DNA of 64,000 nucleotides, from the NCBI GenBank assembly GCA_025210555.1, contig JAOARL010000020.1, forward strand, positions 5,265-69,264. Reading direction: 5' to 3'. The notes under the pieces were generated by a model, which was not told the origin of the DNA, ran no database searches, and saw only the letters and a list, made by a program, of their open reading frames with translations. Positions 1-9,235 of the stretch are shown here, piece after piece (positions within the stretch are counted from its first letter, which is position 1; each line of letters opens with the position of its first letter). This stretch comes from Clostridia bacterium. Its GTDB lineage: Bacteria > Bacillota > Clostridia > Lachnospirales > JAOARL01. A program made the position numbers and the translations under genes.

Positions 1-1
1 A

Positions 2-127
2 ACTATAAAAGAGCTTGAAAAAATGTTTGAAAGAGAATTTAAAGATGACTCAAGCAAACAGTATAAAAAATGTTGCCTTAAACTTCTTAATGATATGAGA
101 GGCGAGGTTGTGAAAAAGGACATTTAA
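2..127 (+). CDS. 3' end (41 codons) of an upstream gene cut by the window edge; product unknown
   Basis: Frame 2 open from window edge to TAA 125-127 (...KLLNDMRGEVVKKDI*), followed directly by hairpin plus T-run. Confidence 0.4.
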   Translation, partial: TIKELEKMFEREFKDDSSKQYKKCCLKLLNDMRGEVVKKDI

Positions 128-145
128 GTCCTTTTTTATTTGTTT
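113..145 (+). terminator. intrinsic terminator
   Basis: Stem aaggac(116-121)/gtcctt(128-133), loop attta, then T-run. Confidence 0.6.
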
Positions 146-199
146 TTTTGGGCTATTTACACTATAATATATAAAGAATAAATCATTTAGGAGGACAAA

Positions 200-1921
200 A
201 TGAATTATATAGAAAATTATAATCAATGGCTTGAAAGTGATTATATAGATGACGAAACTAAAAATGAGCTTTTGCAGATTGCAAATGACGATAAAGAGAT
301 AGAAGATAGGTTTTATAAGGAACTTGAGTTTGGTACAGCTGGGTTAAGAGGAATAATTGGAGCAGGTACTAATAGAATGAATAAATATAATATTAGAAAG
401 GTAACACAAGGACTTGCTAATTATATTTGTATGCAAGGTGAGGAAGCGATGGATAGAGGTGTTGCAATAGCTTATGACTCAAGGCATAAATCTAGTGAAT
501 TTGCTGATGAAGCAGCTTTTGTTTTAAATGCTAATGGAATTAAAACGTATGTATTTGATGCTTTAAAACCAACACCAGTTCTTTCATATGCTGTTAGAAC
601 ATATAAGTGTATTAGTGGGATAGTAGTTACTGCTAGCCATAATCCGTCTAATTACAATGGATATAAAGTGTATTGGGAAGATGGTGCTCAAATAGTATAT
701 CCACATGATGAAAAAATAATAGAAGAAGTAAGAAAGATTGAAAGTTTAAGTCAAGTTAAAAGAACTGAAAAAAGAACAGAACTATACAATTCTATAGATG
801 ATAGTTTTGACACAACTTACATAGATGTTGTTAAAAATCAAAGTATTGCACCTGAGCTTATTAAAGAATATGGAGAAAACATGAAAGTTGTATATACTCC
901 GTTTAATGGTACTGGAGCTGATTTTGTACCAAGGCTACTTAAAGAGATGGGCGTAAAAGATATATTTACTGTAAAAGAGCAATTTAAGCCAGATCCAGAT
1001 TTTACAACTACTAAATATCCAAACCCAGAGGAAACTAAAAACTTTGAGCTTGCTCTTAAGTTAGCAGAGAAAAAAGAAGCAGATATAGTAATGGGAACTG
1101 ATCCTGATGCTGATAGATTCGCTTGTTTGGTTAGAGATAATGCTGGAGAGTATGTATCTTTAACGGGTAATCAAGTTGGAGCAATATTCACAGAATACGT
1201 ATTATCTAGATTAGAAGAAAAAGAAATGCTTTCTAACAAAGGATATGTAATAAAAAGTATAGTTACTAGTGAAATGATAAGAACTATATGTGCAGAGCAT
1301 GATGTATTGCTTGTAGATGTATATACAGGATTTAAGCATATAGGAGAAGCTATAAGAAAGTTTGAAGAAACAGGAGTTAATAAATATATATTTGGATTTG
1401 AAGAAAGCATAGGATACCTATTAGGAGATTATGCAAGGGATAAGGATGGAATGGTAGCATCTATGCTTATGACTGAAATTTTAGCTTATGCTAAATCAAA
1501 AGATAAGAATATATTGGATTTATTTGAAGATATGTATCAAAAATATGGTTATTATAAAGAGTTCACGAAATCTTTTGTTTTTAAAGGAATAGAAGGAGAG
1601 CAGAAGATAAAAGGCATAATGGAAAATTTAAGAAATAATCTGCCAACGAATTTTGGAGAGTTTAAAGTTATAGAAACTAGAGACTATCAAATTGGAACAG
1701 CTACAACTATAGCTGGAGAAGAAAGAAAACTTAACTTTAGACCGTCTAATGTTTTATATTTTGAGCTTGAGAATAATGCATGGTTTGCTATAAGGCCATC
1801 AGGTACAGAGCCGAAAGTTAAGCTGTATTTTGGAGTTAAAGGTAAAACAAATGAAGAAGCTAAAAATTTAATGAGCAGCTTATATGAAAAAGTAACAAGT
1901 GAAATTAATATAAAAGAATAG
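200..1921 (+). CDS. pgcA: alpha-phosphoglucomutase / phosphomannomutase family (alpha-D-phosphohexomutase)
   Basis: 573 aa, SD AGGAGG upstream; phosphoserine loop TASHNPSNYNGYKVY, Mg site GTDPDADR, N-terminal FGTAGLRG; length and N-terminus like Bacillus PgcA/YhxB. Confidence 0.85.
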   Translation: MNYIENYNQWLESDYIDDETKNELLQIANDDKEIEDRFYKELEFGTAGLRGIIGAGTNRMNKYNIRKVTQGLANYICMQGEEAMDRGVAIAYDSRHKSSEFADEAAFVLNANGIKTYVFDALKPTPVLSYAVRTYKCISGIVVTASHNPSNYNGYKVYWEDGAQIVYPHDEKIIEEVRKIESLSQVKRTEKRTELYNSIDDSFDTTYIDVVKNQSIAPELIKEYGENMKVVYTPFNGTGADFVPRLLKEMGVKDIFTVKEQFKPDPDFTTTKYPNPEETKNFELALKLAEKKEADIVMGTDPDADRFACLVRDNAGEYVSLTGNQVGAIFTEYVLSRLEEKEMLSNKGYVIKSIVTSEMIRTICAEHDVLLVDVYTGFKHIGEAIRKFEETGVNKYIFGFEESIGYLLGDYARDKDGMVASMLMTEILAYAKSKDKNILDLFEDMYQKYGYYKEFTKSFVFKGIEGEQKIKGIMENLRNNLPTNFGEFKVIETRDYQIGTATTIAGEERKLNFRPSNVLYFELENNAWFAIRPSGTEPKVKLYFGVKGKTNEEAKNLMSSLYEKVTSEINIKE

Positions 1922-1936
1922 AATTGTCAGAAAATA

Positions 1937-1965
1937 TTGACAAATTGAAAGTGAAATAGTATAAT
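1937..1965 (+). promoter_or_regulatory. consensus sigma-A-type promoter (TTGACA-17-TATAAT)
   Basis: TTGACA 1937-1942, 17-nt spacer, TATAAT 1960-1965. Confidence 0.6.
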
Positions 1966-1996
1966 AAGGTAAATGAAAAAAAGGGGAGGGATTTAT

Positions 1997-2095
1997 ATGA
2001 GTTACACTAGAGGTAAAATTAATAAGAAATTAAAGAGAAGATTATTTATAAATCCTATGTTTTTATTTAAAAGTTTCGGAGATATAGAAATATAA
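1997..2095 (+). CDS. small basic protein, 32 aa, unknown function
   Basis: Not in ORF track (short). ATG 1997 preceded by AAGGGGAGGG; MSYTRGKINKKLKRRLFINPMFLFKSFGDIEI; bracketed by consensus promoter and a terminator. Confidence 0.4.
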   Translation: MSYTRGKINKKLKRRLFINPMFLFKSFGDIEI

Positions 2096-2096
2096 G

Positions 2097-2120
2097 AGAG
2101 AGCTTAAAGCTCTTTTTTAT
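2097..2120 (+). terminator. intrinsic terminator
   Basis: Stem agagagct/agctctt with 3-nt loop, then T6. Confidence 0.55.
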
Positions 2121-2141
2121 TTATAGAAAGGAGGAAATGTA

Positions 2142-2651
2142 ATGCTAGGGTGGCTAAGGGCTAGAAAAAAAGAAAAAGATAGAAAGAAACAAGAAGAAGA
2201 AAAAGAAAAATATTTTAGAAAAATAAAAGCACAAGTATTTAAAAATATAATTGAGTTAACAGAAGGCTTCGAAAATGAGTATAGTGGGATGGAAATTGAA
2301 TTTCCAATTGAATGTGGATTAGAAGAAATAGCGGAGATAACTAAGACGGCTAGAGGGATGGCAGATCCTATAATTGAGGCTAGAAGAAAACTAAAAAAAG
2401 AAGATGAAGAGAAAAGAGCTGCGGAAATAGAAGAAGCTAAAAAAGATGAAGAATTATATAGCTTTTTTAAGAAGATTGATGGGATTGCTAAACCAAAAAT
2501 GAATGGAAAAGGGTATTTCTATGACAAAATAACAGATGAAGATTTTAAAATTGCTAAAACTGAAGAGGGTGAACATCTGAAAGGATTTGTTCTAGAAGGT
2601 AAAGCATATAAAATTAAGGCTATAGAAAACTCTTCACCTTTTGAAATTTAA
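2142..2651 (+). CDS. hypothetical protein, Lys/Glu-rich
   Basis: 169-aa ORF with GGAGG SD; no recognisable motif. Confidence 0.5.
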   Translation: MLGWLRARKKEKDRKKQEEEKEKYFRKIKAQVFKNIIELTEGFENEYSGMEIEFPIECGLEEIAEITKTARGMADPIIEARRKLKKEDEEKRAAEIEEAKKDEELYSFFKKIDGIAKPKMNGKGYFYDKITDEDFKIAKTEEGEHLKGFVLEGKAYKIKAIENSSPFEI

Positions 2652-2657
2652 ACAGGC

Positions 2658-2686
2658 TTGACAAATGAACAAAAAGATAGTAAAAT
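2658..2686 (+). promoter_or_regulatory. promoter P1 upstream of veg (TTGACA-17-TAAAAT)
   Basis: TTGACA 2658-2663, 17-nt spacer, TAAAAT 2681-2686. Confidence 0.5.
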
Positions 2687-2697
2687 TCAAAGTTTCA

Positions 2698-2726
2698 TTG
2701 ACACTATGTATAATGTGTGGTATAAT
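2698..2726 (+). promoter_or_regulatory. promoter P2 upstream of veg (perfect TTGACA-17-TATAAT)
   Basis: TTGACA 2698-2703, 17-nt spacer, TATAAT 2721-2726; veg is known for a very strong promoter in B. subtilis. Confidence 0.65.
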
Positions 2727-2759
2727 CGGTATACAAGGTCAGTTTAGGATGGTGTTGAA

Positions 2760-3011
2760 ATGATAGTACAAAAAGATATTTCAAGATTAAGAGACCACAT
2801 AGATGGTTTTGTTGGAGCAAAGGTTAAAGTTAAAGCTAACAAGGGACGTCGTAGAGTGGATGAAAATGTAGGGATACTTGAAAAAGCATATCCTAATGTT
2901 TTTGTTGTGAAAGTAAAAGACGACGAAAGTGCTATGGAGAGAAAGTTATCTTATAGCTATGCAGATCTAATTACTAGAAATGTTGAGCTGACAGTACATA
3001 AAAAGATTTGA
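2760..3011 (+). CDS. veg: Veg family protein
   Basis: 83 aa; aligns by eye with B. subtilis Veg (VKVKANKGRRR..., GILEKAYPNVFVV, SYSYADLITRNVEL). Confidence 0.85.
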   Translation: MIVQKDISRLRDHIDGFVGAKVKVKANKGRRRVDENVGILEKAYPNVFVVKVKDDESAMERKLSYSYADLITRNVELTVHKKI

Positions 3012-3014
3012 TTT

Positions 3015-3044
3015 AAGAACTTACTTATGTAAGTTCTTTTTTTG
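3015..3044 (+). terminator. intrinsic terminator
   Basis: Perfect 10-bp stem aagaacttac/gtaagttctt, 4-nt loop, T-run. Confidence 0.8.
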
Positions 3045-3135
3045 AGCTATAATATATAATTTATTGTAACCAATAGTGATGTGAAAAGTTATATAGTTAG
3101 AGTATAATATAATAAAAAAGATAGAGAGTGATTAT

Positions 3136-3900
3136 ATGGACAATAGACCGATAGGAGTGTTTGACTCAGGGATAGGTGGATTCACGATTTTCGATGAAAT
3201 AAGAAAAGAACTTCCAGGGGAAAACATAATATATTTTGGAGATTTAGCTAGAGTGCCATACGGTAGCAAGACAAAAGAGAACATAATTAAATTTTCGATA
3301 GAAATATGTGACTTTTTAATGGCAAAGAACGTTAAAGCGATAGTAGTTGCTTGTAATACAGCAAGTTCAAATGCTATAGAGATATTAAGTAAAAGATATA
3401 GTGTCCCAGTAATAGGTGTTGTTAAACCGGGAGCAGAATTAGCAATTAGAGAAAGTGAAGATTCTAAAATAGGTTTGATAGGTACTAAAAGTACTATATC
3501 AAGTGGGGCATATTCAAAGTTTTTAGGTGAAAAGCTTATTATGAGTAAGGCTTGCCCGCTTTTTGTTCCTTTAGTAGAAGAAGACTATTTAGATACAGAA
3601 GCGGCTAGATACATAGCAAAAGATTACCTTTTAGAATTTGAAGATAAAGTAGATAGTCTTATTTTGGGTTGTACACATTATCCTCATATAGAAGGGCTAA
3701 TAAAAGAAACACTAGGAGAAAAAATAAAGATTATAAACCCTGCTAAAGAAGTAGTAAGAGTGCTTAGGGAAAGTGTTGATATTAGTGGTAAAAGCCTTGG
3801 AGAATATGAAATATATAGTAGCGATGATAGTAAGGGTATGATAAAATATTTAAAAAGATTGAAGACTTATAAGTATGAAGTTATGACATTAGGGAGCTGA
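3136..3900 (+). CDS. murI: glutamate racemase
   Basis: 254 aa; IGVFDSGIGG, VVACNTAS and LGCTHYP motifs (two catalytic Cys). Confidence 0.9.
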   Translation: MDNRPIGVFDSGIGGFTIFDEIRKELPGENIIYFGDLARVPYGSKTKENIIKFSIEICDFLMAKNVKAIVVACNTASSNAIEILSKRYSVPVIGVVKPGAELAIRESEDSKIGLIGTKSTISSGAYSKFLGEKLIMSKACPLFVPLVEEDYLDTEAARYIAKDYLLEFEDKVDSLILGCTHYPHIEGLIKETLGEKIKIINPAKEVVRVLRESVDISGKSLGEYEIYSSDDSKGMIKYLKRLKTYKYEVMTLGS

Positions 3901-3905
3901 TATAA

Positions 3906-4673
3906 TTGAAAGTTAATATAAATGGACTTGATATAAATTATGATGTAAAAGGTGAAGGTAAAAGTATATTACTTCTTCATGGCTGGGGATGCAGTGTAAA
4001 GACTATGTCAAGAATAGCAGATAATTTAGGTGAAAATTTTAAGGTCTATAATTTGGATCTTCCAGGGTTTGGTATGAGCGATGAACCGGAAAGGCCATTT
4101 TCAGTTAAAGACTTTGCGGAAACTGTAAAGGTATTTATGGAAAAACTAAATATAGATAATCCTATTTTAATAGGTCATTCGCTTGGTGGGAGAATTTCAA
4201 TATATCTTGAGAGTATGGTAGATGTTAAAAAGATAATTCTCGTTGCAAGTGCAGGAATAAAAGATGAAAAATCTAAAGAACAGTTAAAGAAAGAGCAAAT
4301 GGCAAAAGGCGTAAAAAGAATACTTCAAAAGGTATTGGGAAATAAAAGTGAAAAAATAATAGATATGCTTAGAAACAAAGTAGGAACTGAAGACTATAAA
4401 AATTCAAGTAAAATGATGAAAGAAACGCTTAAGTTGGTTGTAAATGAAGATCTTAGATTTTTGTTAAAGGGATTTGAAACGGAAACGCTTCTAATATGGG
4501 GTGAAAATGATACAGCAACACCATTAAGACACGGAAAAGAAATGGAGAGGCTTATAAAGGGATCAGGATTAGTGGTTTTTGAAAACTGTGGACATTATAT
4601 GTTTCTGGAAAATGAATTTTTGTTTTTAAAAGTAATAAATAATTTTTTAGGGGTGGAGCAAAATGACAAGTAA
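3906..4673 (+). CDS. alpha/beta-fold hydrolase
   Basis: 255 aa; TTG start 10 nt after AGGGAG; HGWG oxyanion motif and GHSLGG nucleophile elbow. Confidence 0.75.
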   Translation: MKVNINGLDINYDVKGEGKSILLLHGWGCSVKTMSRIADNLGENFKVYNLDLPGFGMSDEPERPFSVKDFAETVKVFMEKLNIDNPILIGHSLGGRISIYLESMVDVKKIILVASAGIKDEKSKEQLKKEQMAKGVKRILQKVLGNKSEKIIDMLRNKVGTEDYKNSSKMMKETLKLVVNEDLRFLLKGFETETLLIWGENDTATPLRHGKEMERLIKGSGLVVFENCGHYMFLENEFLFLKVINNFLGVEQNDK

Positions 4674-6159
4674 TTATATAATGGCTAAACTTTTTATGTT
4701 TGTATATTTGGCTGTAAAACTTACTAAGGACACACATAATTTTCAGCTTAATTCATATAGACAAAAAAGATATATCAAATGGGGGATTCCGTTTAAATTT
4801 TTGAAAATTAGAGATTTAATACCATTAGGTCTAATACTAATGTTAAATGAAAGGATGCTTTTAGATGTAAGTCTTATGACTATATATGCAGGATTATTGA
4901 TTGTAAGAAGACATGTAAAAGCAAAAAAACCACTTGTCTATACTGCAAGGGTTAAAAGGTTAACGTTAGCATTAATGATGGCAGCTTTAGCGACCATGAT
5001 ATATGTGGATTCATATATTATATGTTCATTAGCAATAGCTTTTTCATTCATGTACGTAATAGTAATAGGAAGTCTAATGAGTCCTATTGAATCTATGATT
5101 AAAAAGAGTTACTACAATGATGCAAAAAGAAAAATGCAAAAAATGAAAAATTTAAAGGTAATAGGAATTACAGGTAGTTATGGAAAAACAAGTACAAAAC
5201 ATGTTGTTGCACATATATTAGGTGAAAAGTTCTATACTCTAATGACGCCAGGAAGTTATAATACCGATATGGGTGTTACTATAACAGTTAGAAATATGCT
5301 TAAACCAATACATGAAGTTTTTGTTGTAGAGATGGGAGCAAAACAAACAGGTGACATAGCTAAAATAGCTAAACTTGTAAATCCGGACATAGGTATATTA
5401 ACATCGATAGGACCACAACATTTAGATACATTTAAAACTTTAGATAATATTAAAAAGACAAAATATGAACTAATTGATAATTTAAAAGAAGAGTCATTAG
5501 CTATATTTAATGAAGAAAATGAAAATGTAAAAGAAGTTTCAGGTAAGAGAGATAAAGATAAAATATATTATGGGTTAAATGAAGTTGAAGATATTAAATA
5601 TACAAAAAGAGGAACAGAGTTTAAATATAAAGGCGAACTTTTTGTAACTAAATTATTAGGAAAGTTGAATGTATTAAACATAGTTGCAGGAATAAAAGTT
5701 GCTGAAAGTATGGGGATGGACCTTAATGAAATATCAGCAGCAGTTAGAACTTTAGAAAGCGTTGAGCATAGATTAGAGCTTTTAAATAAGGGTAATATGA
5801 CAGTCATTGATGATGCTTTTAATTCAAATCCTGAAGGCTTTGAAATGGCTTTAGATGTTCTTAAACATATTGAAGGTAACAACAAGATATTAGTGACACC
5901 AGGTATGATAGAGCTTGGAGATAAGCAATATGAGTTAAACAAAGAAGTTGGAATAAAGGCAGCAAAAGCCTGTGACTATGTTGTGTTGGTTGGAGAAAAA
6001 CAGACAAGACCGATTAAAGATGGGCTTGATGAAGCTGGGTTTAAAAAAGTATATATAGCAAAGAGTTTAAATGAAGCAGTAAATCATGTTAGTAGTATTG
6101 CGTCTAATGGAGATGTAGTTCTTTATGAAAATGATTTGCCAGATACTTTTAATGAATAG
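4663..6159 (+). CDS. murF: MurF-like Mur ligase (UDP-MurNAc-tripeptide--D-Ala-D-Ala ligase family) with hydrophobic N-terminal domain
   Basis: 498 aa; SD GGTGGAG; P-loop GITGSYGKTSTK near residue 169, DDAFNSNPEG (cf. DDxYNANP of MurF); first ~150 aa hydrophobic (several predicted TM helices) instead of the usual MurF N-domain; next to ddl. Confidence 0.7.
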   Translation: MTSNYIMAKLFMFVYLAVKLTKDTHNFQLNSYRQKRYIKWGIPFKFLKIRDLIPLGLILMLNERMLLDVSLMTIYAGLLIVRRHVKAKKPLVYTARVKRLTLALMMAALATMIYVDSYIICSLAIAFSFMYVIVIGSLMSPIESMIKKSYYNDAKRKMQKMKNLKVIGITGSYGKTSTKHVVAHILGEKFYTLMTPGSYNTDMGVTITVRNMLKPIHEVFVVEMGAKQTGDIAKIAKLVNPDIGILTSIGPQHLDTFKTLDNIKKTKYELIDNLKEESLAIFNEENENVKEVSGKRDKDKIYYGLNEVEDIKYTKRGTEFKYKGELFVTKLLGKLNVLNIVAGIKVAESMGMDLNEISAAVRTLESVEHRLELLNKGNMTVIDDAFNSNPEGFEMALDVLKHIEGNNKILVTPGMIELGDKQYELNKEVGIKAAKACDYVVLVGEKQTRPIKDGLDEAGFKKVYIAKSLNEAVNHVSSIASNGDVVLYENDLPDTFNE

Positions 6160-6170
6160 GAGCGTATAGT

Positions 6171-7361
6171 ATGAAAATTAATTTAGGTGTATTTTATGGT
6201 GGAAAATCTGTTGAGCATGAAGTTTCAATTATATCTGCTCTTCAAGCTATGATAAATATAGATAGAGAAAAGTATAATGTGATACCTGTATATATAACAA
6301 AAGATGACGAGTGGTATACAGGAGAAGAACTCTTTGATGTGAATTTATATAGAGACTTAAAAAATCTTAAGAAAACTGCAGATAGAGTTTATATGAAGCT
6401 TGATAAGATTGACACAAGCTTATTTAGACATAAAAATAATAAAAAAAGAGAAAAAATAGATATGGCATTTCCAATTCTTCATGGTGGATATGGGGAAGAT
6501 GGAAGAATTCAAAGTTTTTTTGAAATGATAGATATTCCATATGTAGGATCAGATTATGTATCATCAGCAATTGGAATGGATAAAGAACTTATGAAAAAAA
6601 TATTAAAGGCTGATGGAATAAGACAAGTTGAATATAAAAGTTTTATGTTTAAAGAGTTTGTAAAAAAAGAAGATGAAGTAATAAAAGAGTTAGAAGATGA
6701 AGTTAAATATCCAGTAATAGTGAAACCTTCAAATTTGGGATCAAGTATAGGAATTGCAAAAGCATCAAATAGAGAAGAGTTGATTGACGTAATATTTGAA
6801 GCTGCTAAATATAGTGAAAAGATAATTGTAGAGAGATGTATTGAAAATTTGAAAGAAATTAACATATCAGTATTAGGTGATAGTGAAGAGCAAAGATTAT
6901 CAGTATGTGAGCAACCTTTAACTGATAATGAAATATTATCATATACAGATAAATATGTTGGAGAAAGAAAAACTAAAGGATCTAAAGGAATGGCTAGTTT
7001 ATCAAGAAAAATACCAGCTGATATTTCTGAAGAAATAAAAGGTGAAATTGAAGATTTGGCTATAAAGATATTTAATTCTATTGGCTGCAGTGGTGTTATA
7101 AGAATAGATTTTATGATTGAGGATAATGAAAAAGTGTATGTTAATGAGGTTAATACTATACCAGGATCATTGTCGTTCTACTTATGGAAGCATGATGGAA
7201 TAAAGTATAAAAAGCTTATTAATGATATGTTAAAATTGGCAATTAAAAAATATATGAAAAAAGAAAAATTAACATATGTATATAAAGAAAATGTATTAGC
7301 ACTTGGAGGCGGAATTAAAGGTCTTAAAGGATCTAAAGGTGCTAAGGGGGGAAAGTTTTAA
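6171..7361 (+). CDS. ddl: D-alanine--D-alanine ligase with Gly/Lys-rich C-terminal tail
   Basis: 396 aa; GGKSVEHEVS, ATP-grasp core (KPSNLGSSIGI, EVNTIPGS); tail GGGIKGLKGSKGAKGGKF. Confidence 0.85.
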   Translation: MKINLGVFYGGKSVEHEVSIISALQAMINIDREKYNVIPVYITKDDEWYTGEELFDVNLYRDLKNLKKTADRVYMKLDKIDTSLFRHKNNKKREKIDMAFPILHGGYGEDGRIQSFFEMIDIPYVGSDYVSSAIGMDKELMKKILKADGIRQVEYKSFMFKEFVKKEDEVIKELEDEVKYPVIVKPSNLGSSIGIAKASNREELIDVIFEAAKYSEKIIVERCIENLKEINISVLGDSEEQRLSVCEQPLTDNEILSYTDKYVGERKTKGSKGMASLSRKIPADISEEIKGEIEDLAIKIFNSIGCSGVIRIDFMIEDNEKVYVNEVNTIPGSLSFYLWKHDGIKYKKLINDMLKLAIKKYMKKEKLTYVYKENVLALGGGIKGLKGSKGAKGGKF

Positions 7362-7742
7362 TTGGAAAAGAATATAAAAATAAATGTAAATTTAATTCAA
7401 GTAATGGGCGAAGTTAAAGAAAAAAGTGAATTTGAATATATAGGTACATTAAATGAAAAAGATGGAAAAGTGTACATAAGATATGTGGACAATGGTGAAA
7501 AAAACCTAATAAAAGTGGATAAAAATGAAATAAGTGTTAAAAAAGGACTTAACAAACTTATGTTTAATACTAATAAAGAATATATAACGGCTTATGATAC
7601 GCCGATGGGAAAAATGGAATTAAGAATAGTAACAAATGAGTTAAGTGTTTTTGAAAATAGAATATATATAGATTACGATTTATGTAATGGCCAGGAGTTA
7701 ATGGCTAAAAATAAATTTGAACTAAAGTATAAGGAGATGTAA
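7362..7742 (+). CDS. small beta-rich protein, possibly DUF1934/YwiB family
   Basis: 126 aa; TTG start directly after ddl stop; size and composition only. Confidence 0.4.
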   Translation: MEKNIKINVNLIQVMGEVKEKSEFEYIGTLNEKDGKVYIRYVDNGEKNLIKVDKNEISVKKGLNKLMFNTNKEYITAYDTPMGKMELRIVTNELSVFENRIYIDYDLCNGQELMAKNKFELKYKEM

Positions 7743-7744
7743 AT

Positions 7745-8608
7745 ATGAGAGTAAGAAAAGCTATAATACCTGCAGCTGGTTTTGGAACAAGAATGCTACC
7801 AGCTACAAAATCTCAACCAAAGGAAATGTTACCAATAATTGATAAACCTACAATACAGTATATTGTAGAGGAAGCTTTTGGTTCAGGAATAGAAGAGATA
7901 CTTATAATTACTGGAAGAAATAAGCATTCAATTGAAGACTACTTTGATAAATCTCCAGAATTGGAAGAAGCTCTTAAAAAGGGAAAAAAGATAGAGTTTT
8001 TAAATGAAGTTGAAAAAGTATCAAATATGGATAATATATTTTTTATAAGACAAAAAGAAATGAAGGGACTTGGACATGCGGTTCTTGTAGCAGAAAGGTT
8101 TGTTGGTAAAGAACCCTTTGCAGTATTACTTGGAGACAATATAATGCAAAGTAATGTACCTTGTCTTAAGCAAGTTATAGATCAGTATGATAAATACAAA
8201 AGAAGTATAATAGGAGTTCAAAAAGTTCCAATGGAAGATGTAAACAAGTATGGGATTATAAAAGGACATAAAATAGATGGTGTATATGATATAGATGATA
8301 TGATTGAAAAACCAAGTGTTGAAGAGGCACCATCAGATTTAGCTATACTTGGAAGATATGTATTTACAAATGAAATTTTTGAATATTTGAAAACTCAAGA
8401 ACCAGGAAAAGGTGGAGAGATTCAGCTTACAGACAGTATGCTGAGAATGCTCGAAGACCATGAAATGTATGCTCTGGAATTTGAAGGTAAGTGTCATGAT
8501 GTAGGGGATAAAATGAAATTTTTAATGGCTACAGTTGAACTTGCGTTAAGTAGAGATGATATAAAAGATGAATTCAGAAATTATTTAGTTAATATTCTAG
8601 AAAAATAA
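7745..8608 (+). CDS. galU: UTP--glucose-1-phosphate uridylyltransferase
   Basis: 287 aa; AIIPAAGFGTRMLPATKSQPKEMLPI signature. Confidence 0.9.
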   Translation: MRVRKAIIPAAGFGTRMLPATKSQPKEMLPIIDKPTIQYIVEEAFGSGIEEILIITGRNKHSIEDYFDKSPELEEALKKGKKIEFLNEVEKVSNMDNIFFIRQKEMKGLGHAVLVAERFVGKEPFAVLLGDNIMQSNVPCLKQVIDQYDKYKRSIIGVQKVPMEDVNKYGIIKGHKIDGVYDIDDMIEKPSVEEAPSDLAILGRYVFTNEIFEYLKTQEPGKGGEIQLTDSMLRMLEDHEMYALEFEGKCHDVGDKMKFLMATVELALSRDDIKDEFRNYLVNILEK

Positions 8609-8741
8609 TATGAATATATGTTATAATTAGAAAAACTGAGGAGAAATATTGATGATTAAAACTGAGTTTGAAAAATTAATAAAACAATAAAAGGGATGGG
8701 ATAACTGTCTCTATTTTTTTATATTAAAAGGAGTGATATTC

Positions 8742-9083
8742 ATGACCAAAAAATTTGAAAATGAGGTAGAAATAGAAAAAAGACGGGGAAGTAATTATGA
8801 AAAAGATGGCTGCTTTTTCTGCAAGGAATGGACATATGTTAAGTACGGTGGTAAAAGATATGTTGCAACTGAAGAAGATGCACAAAGTATACTTGATTAT
8901 CATAGTGGAAAAGAAAATAACCTTTCGGAATGGGCGATAAATATTTTAGAAAGTATGACAGAAACTATAATTGAACCAAAGAAATATACTGAAGAAGAAA
9001 AAGATAAGATAAGGACAATCTATAATATGGCTCCGTATAAATGTAAAGAAGTAGAAGTAGAAAGAATCGAATTAAGTAGTTGA
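8742..9083 (+). CDS. hypothetical protein
   Basis: Start moved from 8733 to ATG 8742 (AAAGGAG 8 nt upstream); no motif recognised. Confidence 0.5.
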   Translation: MTKKFENEVEIEKRRGSNYEKDGCFFCKEWTYVKYGGKRYVATEEDAQSILDYHSGKENNLSEWAINILESMTETIIEPKKYTEEEKDKIRTIYNMAPYKCKEVEVERIELSS

Positions 9084-9084
9084 T

Positions 9085-9116
9085 AAAGAGTGTGCCGTGC
9101 ACACTCTTTATTTGTT
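9085..9116 (+). terminator. intrinsic terminator
   Basis: 11-bp perfect stem aaagagtgtgc/gcacactcttt, loop cgt, T-rich tail. Confidence 0.8.
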
Positions 9117-9173
9117 TGGATTTAAAATATAAAAATAAGTTGTGAATTTAACCGAGGAATATAACATTAAAAT

Positions 9174-9202
9174 TTGCATACTAACATATGCAATGTTATA
9201 AT
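9174..9202 (+). promoter_or_regulatory. promoter TTGCAT-17-TATAAT overlapped by inverted repeat ttgcata-N6-tatgcaa
   Basis: TTGCAT 9174-9179, TATAAT 9197-9202; IR 9174-9193 could be an operator for the downstream wHTH protein. Confidence 0.45.
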
Positions 9203-9235
9203 GTAAAAAAATGAGTTATAATGAGGTGAGTAAAG

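Noticed and set aside
8652-8690. 12-codon ORF (MIKTEFEKLIKQ) with GAGGAG SD in the galU-downstream gap; possible leader peptide
   Set aside because: It is too short, with no associated attenuator structure or terminator that I can see. It cannot be supported from sequence alone.
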